The notes under the pieces are model-generated. The model was not told where the DNA came from, searched no databases, and saw only the letters and a list, made by a program, of their open reading frames with translations. A DNA stretch of 64,000 nt from Cyanophyceae cyanobacterium (lineage in GTDB: Bacteria; Cyanobacteriota; Cyanobacteriia; Cyanobacteriales; Laspinemataceae), in contig JBBQFN010000028.1 in assembly GCA_038321985.1 (NCBI GenBank), forward strand, positions 8,701-72,700. The letters run 5' to 3'. This document shows, piece after piece, positions 30,640 through 40,289 of this stretch. A program made the position numbers and the translations under genes. Positions within the stretch are counted from its first letter, which is position 1. Each line of letters starts with the position of its first letter.

Positions 30640-31026
30640 TTACTCGATTTTCCAACCTTCCTCGGGTAACAGACGACAACCTTTCAATCCTAAAGCGGGA
30701 TTTTGACGATAGTCTTGTTCTGGAACCCAAACATTCACCGTTAGATCAGCTCCTACCGAGTAGATGTATTCTGCATTGGGGTCGTAGTTCATGCTGACTT
30801 TTAGGTTAGAGAAATCATCCTCGCAGATTTCAAAGCCGAAACGAACTACAATCTGGGCTACTAAGCATTCAGGCGTATCGTGGTATTCTCCAGCCGCCTC
30901 TCGTTCTTGGCAAAACTTACCTAGAAAGGGTTTGAGAAGGCGTCGAACTTTCTCCGGTGCTCCATTTCTACTGGCATAGATAATGGCCGGATTTCCTTCT
31001 ACAACGATTTGACAGGGTATAGACAT
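30640..31026 (-). CDS. hypothetical protein (128 aa)
   Basis: Clean ORF with globular composition; no family recognised. Confidence 0.7.
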   Translation of the reverse strand: MSIPCQIVVEGNPAIIYASRNGAPEKVRRLLKPFLGKFCQEREAAGEYHDTPECLVAQIVVRFGFEICEDDFSNLKVSMNYDPNAEYIYSVGADLTVNVWVPEQDYRQNPALGLKGCRLLPEEGWKIE

Positions 31027-31194
31027 GGGTGTGATTCCTACTCCTTCGGCAACGGTGCCAATATTTGCGGTACCGTTATCAACATAATATTTTGGCCTAA
31101 AGCCAACCCGTGTCGTTCATTTAAACCCATGAAATTTTTACAGGGTCCTGAAAGACGAGCGTCGATACAGAGGTTGTAACCTCGATCTATCTTA

Positions 31195-31635
31195 GTGATT
31201 GGAGGAGAATTTGGAGTGAATGCAGCAGAACAGGTTAAAAATTTTGAACTCGCCAGCAAGATTGCGGCAGCCGTTAATCTTTTTAAGTTACAGTTTCCTG
31301 ACGTTCGGGCGGATCTCAAGCCTTGGATGAATGACCCGAATACCCAGGAACTGGTGGATCCCGATTCAATTGATATCGGATTTCACTTTCCCGGTTGGAG
31401 TCGCTCATTACACAGCCGAAGTGTTTTAGTTCAAATTCGGTTTCATGAGGACCCTTTGGATGGCGATCGCCGCGCGATCGGAGTTGAAGCGGCAGGTTAT
31501 GACCATCAAGGGCAACAGTGGCGATTTTCAACGGTGGAAAACTGGCGCTTTGTAGGGACCAGTGAGCCTGTTTCGCAGGTGAGGGAGAAGTTGAAAACCT
31601 TTTGTCAGCAGACTTTTGAGTTATTTAATGGGTAA
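31195..31635 (+). CDS. conserved cyanobacterial hypothetical protein
   Basis: NAAEQ..LASKIAAAVNLFK..DLKPW.ND..T...DPDSIDIGFHFPG; the true start may be the GTG about 21 nt further in, after GGAG. Confidence 0.75.
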   Translation: MIGGEFGVNAAEQVKNFELASKIAAAVNLFKLQFPDVRADLKPWMNDPNTQELVDPDSIDIGFHFPGWSRSLHSRSVLVQIRFHEDPLDGDRRAIGVEAAGYDHQGQQWRFSTVENWRFVGTSEPVSQVREKLKTFCQQTFELFNG

Positions 31636-31721
31636 GGTGGGGAGATTGAAAGAGTTTGTAGTAACCACTTTAGGCGTTTCATCTTTGATCCTTAATCCCC
31701 CCCAGTGTCCCCATCCTCCCA

Positions 31722-34106
31722 TTAGAGAGAAATAGTCTCTTCTTCCTCCACTTCCAGTTCGCGATCGCGTCCATTGTAGTGGCGATCGCCATAATCCAAA
31801 GCGTTGTTTTGTCCTTGAACGCCGTTAGCAATAATCCCGAGTACCGTGGTGTTACTGGTTTGCAGTTCGGCGATCGCTTGCTGGATAGCTGGTTTTTCAG
31901 TGTGACCCATGCTGACGACTAAGCCAATCCCATCGGTATAAGCGGCCAAAACACGCCCATCCACAACCCCGAGTAGGGGTGGGGTATCATAAATCACTAG
32001 GTCAAATAACGAGTGCCATTGCTGCATCAGGTTGTGCATTTTTTCAGAGGACAGCAACCGGATGGGGTCTGGAGGAGTGGCACCAGCGGTAAGGACAAAG
32101 AGATTGGGTTCCACAGGCGATCGCTGAATCGCCTCATTCATATCCATTTCCGTAGCAATCAGATGGGTTAATCCTTGACGGTTGGATAGTCCCAATCGTT
32201 TGTGGACTTGGGGCCACCGCAAGTCTGCATCGACCAATAGCACCCGCTGTCCCATTGATGCGGCAGCTTCAGCGAGATTCACGGCCACCGTTGATTTACC
32301 TTCTGCGGGAATAGCCGAGGCGATCGCCACGGATCGCAGGGGTTTACCAGGAGTCAGGAAGCGGATATTAGCATTGAGCGATCGGAATGCTTCTAAAAAG
32401 CCAAAATCTCTGGCATAGTCCAAGGCAGCGCCCCCGCGAGCATCGGCAGATGCGAGGACAACCGAGCGATCGCTCGCCGGAATCAACCCTAAAATCGGCA
32501 AGCGCGTAGCATTTTTTAAGTCTTCCGGTGAATGGAATACATTATCCAATCGTTCTGCCAATAATGCAGCCCCAAATCCTAACATTAAGCCCAACATTGC
32601 CCCTAACACCAAGTTCCGGGGCAGACTTGGAGAAACAGGAATCAACTCCCCATCTTCATTGCGCGGCATAGTCGGTTGAGAAATCACTTCCCAGGGTACT
32701 TCTCTTTCCGCCGCATCCACCCGCAACCCTTCTCTCCGGGCTAACAAGTCGTTGAGGGTCGAGCTAGCAATCTGGAGTTCCCGCTGCAAATCCGTGTACT
32801 GGCGCAAAATAACCGGAAATTGTTCTCGGTATTCGCTTAACATTTTCGCGGCTTCCCCGAGCACTTGATTTCGCACTTGCAGGACTTGAATTTGGCTAGC
32901 CGCTTTTACCATTTCTTCAATCAAGCCTGTGCGAATTGTGTTTTGGAATGGAGCTTGGGGGTTGCCCACCACTCCACCGGGTAACTGGCCTCCTAACACT
33001 TCTGAGGCTTCTTGTCCTAACAGGAACTCTACTGTTTTTCGCTCTTCTAGGAGCACTTGAACTTGGGGCGAGTTCGGTGTAAACCGGTTTGATTCCGAGG
33101 CAATTTTATTTTCGAGTTCTTTGAGTCGATTGAGTCGCGCTTGATAGGTGGGAGCCTCACTTAAAACTGAAGCGGCGATCGCCGTATTGGGTTCAAGTCC
33201 AATTTGTCGGCGAAGGGTTTCATACAACTGTTGCTGTTGAACCAGTTGAGCTTGCGCATCTAAAAGTTGGTCATCAAGTTTAGTCAGTTGTTGAGCTAGC
33301 TGTTCCCCTTGTAACTCGGGTTCAATAATATTGTACTGCTGCCGAAATTTCTGGAGTTGTTCTTGCAGGGTATCCACCCGCTGCCGTAGCTGCGGGAGTT
33401 GGTCTTCAATAAATTGAATCCCTTGACTAATGCTGCTTTTGCGGTCTTCTAAACTGTATCGGAGGTAAGAATTTTGCAGGGTTTCCAAGACAAATTGAAT
33501 TTTCTCGGGTTCCGCGTCTCGATACCTAATTTCAAGAATTTTAGTATTTTTATTGAAGCGATCGAGGGAAAGGGGCGGTTTCTTGCCGCCAATCAGGGAG
33601 TTATACTCCAGTTCTGGATAACGGGCTTGAATCTGCTGAACAATGGGGTCGATCAGTTTGGGACTTTGTAGCACCGCGAGTTGGCTATCATAATCCAACC
33701 CTGAACCTTCCCCTTGGAGAAACTGCGCCCCCAGACCCCCTGCCATTGAAGAGATCCGAGAAAAATTGTCATCCTGACTCGTAACTGGCTCGACTAAAAT
33801 TTGAAACTTGCCTTCATACTCCGGTGTTTGGTTGGAGGTCCAGACGGCAACGCCGGCCGTGACGAGAGTCGCAACGCCCAGAATAACAAAAGCTCGACGC
33901 CGAATTACGGCAAATAACTGACCGAGGTCCAATTCCTCTTCATCTGGATCTTGAAATTCAGCCATATAAGGCATCGGCACTAGCTGTGACGGGTTGCCCG
34001 GTTGGTGAAGAGTTAACGGATGAGGATTGGGTGCGCTCTCCATTTCAATCTCTGGTGATGGTGTATTCCTTCGTATCGTAGCAGTCCCGCTGGAGGATTG
34101 GGGCAT
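31722..34106 (-). CDS. wzc: Wzc/GumC polysaccharide co-polymerase with tyrosine-kinase domain
   Basis: Two TM segments around a coiled-coil; EAFRSLNANI, Walker A SAIPAEGKS, VDADLR, DTPP. Confidence 0.92.
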   Translation of the reverse strand: MPQSSSGTATIRRNTPSPEIEMESAPNPHPLTLHQPGNPSQLVPMPYMAEFQDPDEEELDLGQLFAVIRRRAFVILGVATLVTAGVAVWTSNQTPEYEGKFQILVEPVTSQDDNFSRISSMAGGLGAQFLQGEGSGLDYDSQLAVLQSPKLIDPIVQQIQARYPELEYNSLIGGKKPPLSLDRFNKNTKILEIRYRDAEPEKIQFVLETLQNSYLRYSLEDRKSSISQGIQFIEDQLPQLRQRVDTLQEQLQKFRQQYNIIEPELQGEQLAQQLTKLDDQLLDAQAQLVQQQQLYETLRRQIGLEPNTAIAASVLSEAPTYQARLNRLKELENKIASESNRFTPNSPQVQVLLEERKTVEFLLGQEASEVLGGQLPGGVVGNPQAPFQNTIRTGLIEEMVKAASQIQVLQVRNQVLGEAAKMLSEYREQFPVILRQYTDLQRELQIASSTLNDLLARREGLRVDAAEREVPWEVISQPTMPRNEDGELIPVSPSLPRNLVLGAMLGLMLGFGAALLAERLDNVFHSPEDLKNATRLPILGLIPASDRSVVLASADARGGAALDYARDFGFLEAFRSLNANIRFLTPGKPLRSVAIASAIPAEGKSTVAVNLAEAAASMGQRVLLVDADLRWPQVHKRLGLSNRQGLTHLIATEMDMNEAIQRSPVEPNLFVLTAGATPPDPIRLLSSEKMHNLMQQWHSLFDLVIYDTPPLLGVVDGRVLAAYTDGIGLVVSMGHTEKPAIQQAIAELQTSNTTVLGIIANGVQGQNNALDYGDRHYNGRDRELEVEEEETISL

Positions 34107-34167
34107 TCTAGGAGGAGTTATTCGAGGACCAGATTAAGCTAGTCCTCCACCCTTCCCTGGAGTTTTT

Positions 34168-36744
34168 CTAAAACAGAATATTAAAAAATCTCAAGATTCC
34201 AAATGCCGAGAAGACGGAATTGGTTACTTGCCCGATCGGGCTGACTCTATCTCCGAATCTTGCTAAACGGGTACGTCCTACCACAATTACATCATTGTTT
34301 CGCAGAATCGGATTAGTCCCTTCATCTAGTCCCTGAGCAAAATCAATGGGAATCGTTTGTCGAGAGACGGTCCCGTTGGGGTTCAAACGAATCAGTTCCA
34401 CCTCATCTTTTTCCGCCCGGGTATTATTAAATCCTCCCGCTACCAGAATCGCCTGGTTTAAGGAAGCATTGGGGGGTAATTCCACCATGCCTGGTTCCTG
34501 GATTTCCCCCACAATATTGACTTGAATCCGATTCGGAGAGAAACTCGCTGTCGCTAATCTTGGCGCTTCTGCTAAATCGATATTGGTCGCGGTTTGTACT
34601 ACAATCGTATCCCCCTGTTGCAGAAGAACATCTTCGTTGAGATTGCCATTCTCTAGAAGCTCCCATAGATTAACATCGATAATTTGTTGAGTACCATTTT
34701 TGCGCTGCCGTAGCACTTGAACCTGACGAATATCCGCGGTTGGAGTAATACCTCCGGCAATTTTAATAGCCCGGGTTACGGTTGGTAGTCCCACAATTGC
34801 ACCGCCGGTATTGGCCGTATTCAGATTTTGGGCCTCTCCGGTGGCACTGACATCTTCTCCAGATATAGTATAAGTTCCCGGACGGTTCACCTCTCCAACT
34901 ATGGCGACATTCAGGGGTGTAGATGTATTCGCCGCAAAGTTAGCCGTGGCAATCCGAGCGCTTTCTATCGAATTGGGGTTGCTAGCCGTTGGCACTTCAA
35001 TCGTATCCCCTTGTTGGAGGATGATATCTTGACTGAAATCCCCGCGATCGAGCATTTCCCACAGATTAACCACAATTGTTTGGGGGGCACCGGCTTTTGG
35101 GCGACGAAGTACCCGAATTTCCCGAATATCTGCCGAGAGGGTGACTCCGCCGGCAGTTTGCAGAGCACGGGTGACCGTGAGTTGCCCCCCCGCTTCATCC
35201 ACTCTCGTCACGGTGTACGCTCCCGGGCGAGCCACTTCTCCCGAAACAGCTATATTTACTGGCTGAGTAGGACTCCCTGCAAAACTAGATTGGGCTAATA
35301 GGGCAGATTCTGCCGGGTCAAAGCCGGTGCCAGTGGGAACGTAAATTGTATCTCCTTGTTGGAGAATAATATCTTGGCTGAGATCTCCTTGCCTAAGCAA
35401 GGCCCAAAGGTTAATCGGGATGATGCGGGCCGGACCAGCCTGGGGTTGCCGCAGCACTTGAATTTCGCCAATTTGTGCGGACTGGGTAACTCCCCCAGCA
35501 GTTTGCAAGGCGCGGGACACTGTGAGCAGGCCACCGACCTCATCTACTTGAGTAACCGTGTAAGAACCCGGTCTTGTAACCTCACCCACCACAGCAATAT
35601 TCACGGGTTGACTGGGATCCCCAGAAAAATTGGCTCGGGCTAACCGGGAGGATTCGGTGGGGCTAAACGCGTTGCCGGTTGGCACGTAAATCGTATCCCC
35701 TTGTTGGAGAATAATGTCTTGACTGATATCTCCATTCAGGAGCTGCCAGAGGTTGACCGCGAGTACCTGGGCCGGTCCTGAGTTGGGTTGCCGTCGCACT
35801 TGTATCTGTCCGACATCTGCTGATTGTGTCACTCCACCAGCGGTTTGCAAGGCTCGGGTTAGGGTGAGCAGTTCACCGGTTTCATTGACTCGGGATACAG
35901 TGTAGGACCCCGGTTTATTGATTTCCCCCACCACCGCGATATTGATTGGTTGAGATTGATCCCCTGCAATACTGGCCTCGGCTAGCTGACGGGCGTCGGT
36001 GGCGCTAATGTTAGCAGCAGGGGGAATAAAAATGGTGTCGCCATCGCGCAAGGTAACGTCTTGACTGAGATCTCCCAACTGAACTAAGGTAGTGAGGTCA
36101 ATGGTGATCAGTTGATTTGGCCCCCCTCTGGTCCGACGCAGGAGCTGAATCTGACGAATATTTGCAGTAGGGGTAATGCCTCCAGCCCTTTCAATAGCTG
36201 TGGTAATTGTGGGCCGTTGAGTGATGGCTTCAGCCGTGGTGATGATATAAGAACCGGGTCTTCTGACTTCCCCAGAAATTCCAATTTGCACGGGACGACG
36301 CTCGACTAGGCCGATCGTCAGGAACTCCGGTCTTTGTAGGTAGGGGGCATAGAGGTTTCTGAGTCTATTGGCCGCTTGCTCTAAGGTTAGCCCTTCTACT
36401 GAAACTCTCCCGACTAAGGGGAGATTTAAGGTGCCATCGACTAAGACTTGGTGTTGACCATTTTCCCCACTGTATTCGGGGACGTTAAAAATATCGATTT
36501 GAATGCGATCGCCTGGTCCCAGGGTGTAAGCTTCTTGGAGGGCTGCTCCCTGGGCCAAAAGTAAGGGTTCTTTTGTTGTGGGTGCTAAGGATGGCTGTGC
36601 TACCGTGGGAACTGCTGTGGTCAGAGCGATTAACACAGAGACTGTCAAACCAGCGAGCGACTGGGCGATCGGTTGGCTTAAAAGATTCCGACTAGATAAG
36701 GGGTGGCAATTAGATAGGGGACAAGAGGACTCTACAGTGACCAT
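34168..36744 (-). CDS. wza: Wza-like polysaccharide export protein with tandem SLBB repeats
   Basis: YTLGPGDRIQI..DGTLNLPLVG Poly_export domain; repeated VGEV.RPG.Y...AGG...DIILQQGDTI units. Confidence 0.92.
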   Translation of the reverse strand: MVTVESSCPLSNCHPLSSRNLLSQPIAQSLAGLTVSVLIALTTAVPTVAQPSLAPTTKEPLLLAQGAALQEAYTLGPGDRIQIDIFNVPEYSGENGQHQVLVDGTLNLPLVGRVSVEGLTLEQAANRLRNLYAPYLQRPEFLTIGLVERRPVQIGISGEVRRPGSYIITTAEAITQRPTITTAIERAGGITPTANIRQIQLLRRTRGGPNQLITIDLTTLVQLGDLSQDVTLRDGDTIFIPPAANISATDARQLAEASIAGDQSQPINIAVVGEINKPGSYTVSRVNETGELLTLTRALQTAGGVTQSADVGQIQVRRQPNSGPAQVLAVNLWQLLNGDISQDIILQQGDTIYVPTGNAFSPTESSRLARANFSGDPSQPVNIAVVGEVTRPGSYTVTQVDEVGGLLTVSRALQTAGGVTQSAQIGEIQVLRQPQAGPARIIPINLWALLRQGDLSQDIILQQGDTIYVPTGTGFDPAESALLAQSSFAGSPTQPVNIAVSGEVARPGAYTVTRVDEAGGQLTVTRALQTAGGVTLSADIREIRVLRRPKAGAPQTIVVNLWEMLDRGDFSQDIILQQGDTIEVPTASNPNSIESARIATANFAANTSTPLNVAIVGEVNRPGTYTISGEDVSATGEAQNLNTANTGGAIVGLPTVTRAIKIAGGITPTADIRQVQVLRQRKNGTQQIIDVNLWELLENGNLNEDVLLQQGDTIVVQTATNIDLAEAPRLATASFSPNRIQVNIVGEIQEPGMVELPPNASLNQAILVAGGFNNTRAEKDEVELIRLNPNGTVSRQTIPIDFAQGLDEGTNPILRNNDVIVVGRTRLARFGDRVSPIGQVTNSVFSAFGILRFFNILF

Positions 36745-37036
36745 ATTTTAAAAATTGAGTTGCCGCTTAATAATTTATTTAATGAAATCGGAATCCATGA
36801 GTAAGCAGGGGTAGACTAACCCACTGCTTTTTACTTTGCCACGGCACCCTGAGAATGGAGTGGGTAACTTTAATGGACGGGAGGTAAAGTGACCCTGACC
36901 CGCTGTAAAAGTGGTCAGGATATTTTATCCCATCCATGAAGACTGGTTGAACTAATTTATACGATTTCATCCCATTCTACCTTGAAAAATTTTTCTATCC
37001 TGGAGCTTTGACATCAAAAAAGTTGGAGTGTGGCTG

Positions 37037-39163
37037 TTAAGGTAGGGTAACGCTATCACTTCCAGCACCTCTTCCATCTAGGGACAGACCCGAAAACACA
37101 GTGGCTTCATTTTTAGCAGCGCCAGTCAGTTTAGAAGAACCCATGCCCTTCGGTTCTTCTACTAAATTGGAGAGTGATGTTAACCGAGGAGAGCGAAACC
37201 CCACTGAGGAAGGCTGATACTCAGGGACCAGCCGTTGCAATTCTGCTCGAATTGCAACGACATCATCGGTTCGAGTTTTCTGCACGAGAGCCTCTAACAG
37301 GGGCTGTAAAAATTCCCAGTGGATTTTAGCTTCTTGGGCGCAGAATATTTTAGGATGCTGAGTAGGTCTAGCTTTAGCACTATCAACCAACAATTCTTCA
37401 TGAAGTTTTTCTCCCGGTCTTAACCCGGTAATTTTAATGTCAATATCCTTTCCTGGCACTAACCCACTAAGCTGAATCATCTGGATTGCCAGATCGTAAA
37501 TTCGCACAGGTTCACCCATGTCTAATAAGAAGATTTCCCCTCTTTTTCCCATCGCTCCTGCTTGAATGACCAAACGGGCTGCTTCGGGTATGGACATAAA
37601 ATAACGCGTCATTTCAGGATGAGTGACCGTGATGGGTTGACCCTCGGAAATTTGCTTACGGAATCGGGGTACAACCGAACCACTACTATCAAGGACATTT
37701 CCAAATCTAACAATGGTGAAGCGTGTGGAAATACTGGATCGCTCGGCTAAAGCTTGCACGATTAGTTCCGCCACCCGTTTACTCGCTCCCATAATATTAG
37801 TGGGACGAACGGCTTTATCCGTGGAAATCAAAACAAAATTAGAAACCCCACAGTCGATCGCACAGCGAACAGTGGTCCAAGTTCCCATAACGTTATTGAT
37901 AATTCCTGGACAAGGATTGGATTCTACTAGGGGAACGTGCTTATACGCTGCGGCATGATAAATAGTATCAACCTGATATTTTGTCAGAATCCCAGCGAGC
38001 CGATTTTCATCGGTCACTGAACCCAAACAAGCGATCCGCTTGAGAGGGGGATAGGTTTCTGCTAATTCCATATCGATGCTATATAGGGCAAATTCGCCTA
38101 ACTCATACAGCACCAAACATTTAGGCTGTTGTTGAGCGATTTGACGGCATAACTCGGACCCAATCGACCCTCCAGCCCCAGTGACTAGAACAGTTTTTCC
38201 GGTGATATTGAGCCGTAACAATTCCGGATCGGGGATCACTTCTTCACGACCCAGTAGGTCAGCAATATCGATATTTCTAATTTCACTAATCGACACTTGA
38301 CCGGATAAAATTTCTCCAATACAAGGGACGGTTTTTACCGGCAGGGACAAAAACTGTAAGCCCTCTAAAATTTGCCGTTTTCTGATGCGATCAACCGAAG
38401 GCATCGCTAATAAAATGGTATCAAAAGGCTTCTGGAGTTGGAGTCTCGGTAAGGTGGTGGGTGAGTAAACCGGGAGTCCTTGAATATTTTGGTTTTCTAG
38501 AGAGCGATCGTCATCGACAAAAGCAACGGGTTGGTAACTGGGGTGATGGGCGAGGGATTGAGCCAGTTGCGACCCGGCAGATCCAGCACCGTAAATCACA
38601 ATCCGTTCCGGGGTTTGATTTTGGCGAGGTAGACCGATGAGCTTATTCACCACCCACCGCAGGGAAAGACGCACCCCCACGACCAGCAACAGGGTGAGCA
38701 GGGCATCGTTTAGCAGTACCGAGCGGGGTAACTGTAGGAACTCAAAGAAGTAGGCCAGTAGAACAAAGGCCCCAGAGCTAAACAGTACAGCTTTTGTCGC
38801 GGTTAATAAAAATTCCAAGCCTGCATACCGCAGCACAGGGCGGTACATTCCCGTTGCCAGGAAGACCAAGGGCTTGATCAGAATCAGGAGCAGAATCAGC
38901 CACAGATAGGGCCAGGTTTGTTGAACTGGGAACAGATCGCTGAACCGGAGTCCAAAAGCCCCATAAATGGCGACCAGAAAGACTGATGTATCCATACTCA
39001 ACAGAATCAGACGTTTCTGGGGCCTTGAGAGGGAAGTAGCGGCGATCTGAAAGGCAGTCGCTAATTTGTTTATCAGCCAGTGTTGGGTCATGGGAACAGT
39101 ATAAATTCCATAACGCTCGTTATGCTTGGACTGGGATCCGTAGGATTTGAGAGCAACTTTCAT
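37037..39163 (-). CDS. CapD/WbpM-type nucleoside-diphosphate-sugar 4,6-dehydratase
   Basis: About 4 TM helices, YGAGSAG, TGAGGSIGSELCRQ, HAAAYKHVP, STDKAVRPTNIMGASKR, RFGNVLDSSGSV, GLRPGEKLHEEL; the start may be 39091. Confidence 0.93.
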   Translation of the reverse strand: MKVALKSYGSQSKHNERYGIYTVPMTQHWLINKLATAFQIAATSLSRPQKRLILLSMDTSVFLVAIYGAFGLRFSDLFPVQQTWPYLWLILLLILIKPLVFLATGMYRPVLRYAGLEFLLTATKAVLFSSGAFVLLAYFFEFLQLPRSVLLNDALLTLLLVVGVRLSLRWVVNKLIGLPRQNQTPERIVIYGAGSAGSQLAQSLAHHPSYQPVAFVDDDRSLENQNIQGLPVYSPTTLPRLQLQKPFDTILLAMPSVDRIRKRQILEGLQFLSLPVKTVPCIGEILSGQVSISEIRNIDIADLLGREEVIPDPELLRLNITGKTVLVTGAGGSIGSELCRQIAQQQPKCLVLYELGEFALYSIDMELAETYPPLKRIACLGSVTDENRLAGILTKYQVDTIYHAAAYKHVPLVESNPCPGIINNVMGTWTTVRCAIDCGVSNFVLISTDKAVRPTNIMGASKRVAELIVQALAERSSISTRFTIVRFGNVLDSSGSVVPRFRKQISEGQPITVTHPEMTRYFMSIPEAARLVIQAGAMGKRGEIFLLDMGEPVRIYDLAIQMIQLSGLVPGKDIDIKITGLRPGEKLHEELLVDSAKARPTQHPKIFCAQEAKIHWEFLQPLLEALVQKTRTDDVVAIRAELQRLVPEYQPSSVGFRSPRLTSLSNLVEEPKGMGSSKLTGAAKNEATVFSGLSLDGRGAGSDSVTLP

Positions 39164-39598
39164 AGAGATCTATGAATTTCCCGGATTGCTAAGAGTTCCC
39201 TCAATCCCCGAACACAGGATCCAGACTCGGTGCTAGGGGGCGATTTGCAACAAATCTTTAAAAGCTCTGTTGATTATAGGGTATTCTTACTAGGTTAGGA
39301 ACGTTTGCTCGGAAGCCTGTAGGATGGAGCCACCTGATCGGAATCTGCTCCTACGCGGGCTAATCCAAATCATTCTGCATACGGCATTAGGACTGAGGTA
39401 TTCTCTCCTAAATTTAGGGGTTTATGCGTAAGTCTTGAGTTATAGCAGTCCTTGCGTGCCGTTGGGTCAGAGAACCCCGGTTTTAACCTGGGTAGGCCGA
39501 GTTCCAAGCTCGCTAGCTTTGTTACAAATCCTACAGGGATTGCTATAGGTAATAAATCCACTTTCTGCACATTTGCGATGCTTGCTCGGGGTCAGAAA

Positions 39599-40048
39599 TT
39601 ATTCCCAATCTTGGCGAGTATCACAGATGAAACTATCTGCGATCGCCTCCTCAAACTGATATGGACATTGTTCGGAAAACGTTCTCAAGGGTAAGTTTGT
39701 TTCTCGGAGTGCTAAATCAACTCCTGCTTCAAAGCCATCTTCTAAAGCGTCAACTATGCGAGACTTTAAGCTAGGATTGCGATACAAATGACGATTAATG
39801 GCCCGCCGTTGTTCTCTAATCGTCAAAAACCAACTGCGAGAACGGTTTTCTGGTTGGTATTCCCATTTGAGGAGATGCCCTAACAAGACAGTCAGGCGGC
39901 TGACTAATTCTCGGTATTCTTGTCTTCCCAAGGCTTGTAACTCTTCCTGTAAGTTTTGCCAATCTAATTCTGATACTTGTCTTTTTGCGAGTGCCTCTAC
40001 TTGCCTCTGTGTCCAGCCATAAAAATCTTGTTCGTATTGTGAAACCAT
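39599..40048 (-). CDS. DUF29 family protein
   Basis: YEQDFYGW..Q...LDWQNL.EEL..LG....LL.HLLKW.YQP..RSRSW..TI.EQR..NPSLK..CPY. Confidence 0.9.
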   Translation of the reverse strand: MVSQYEQDFYGWTQRQVEALAKRQVSELDWQNLQEELQALGRQEYRELVSRLTVLLGHLLKWEYQPENRSRSWFLTIREQRRAINRHLYRNPSLKSRIVDALEDGFEAGVDLALRETNLPLRTFSEQCPYQFEEAIADSFICDTRQDWE

Positions 40049-40225
40049 TTTCAGAATTTATGGGATTGATATTTAGCTTGAACGTTTAAGATATTTTACT
40101 ATAGTCTTTTTTCTTCGTTTCCCGCCTCGGCGGGGGAATAACATAAGGGCGGAAGAGCCTACTTGCTAACCCATCACCCTTCCTCCGCTAAATATATGAT
40201 CGATCTTGGGTGCGGGTTCCACTTG

Positions 40226-40289
40226 AGAAACGGGGTTTCTAGTCCGAATTGTCGCCAAGTCCCCCAGATTTTATAGAAACCTGGTTTCT
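40226..40289. repeat. pair of AGAAAC(G/C)(G/T)GGTTTCT palindromes
   Basis: AGAAACGGGGTTTCT at 40226-40240 and AGAAACCTGGTTTCT at 40275-40289; same family as the repeat at 18224. Confidence 0.65.
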
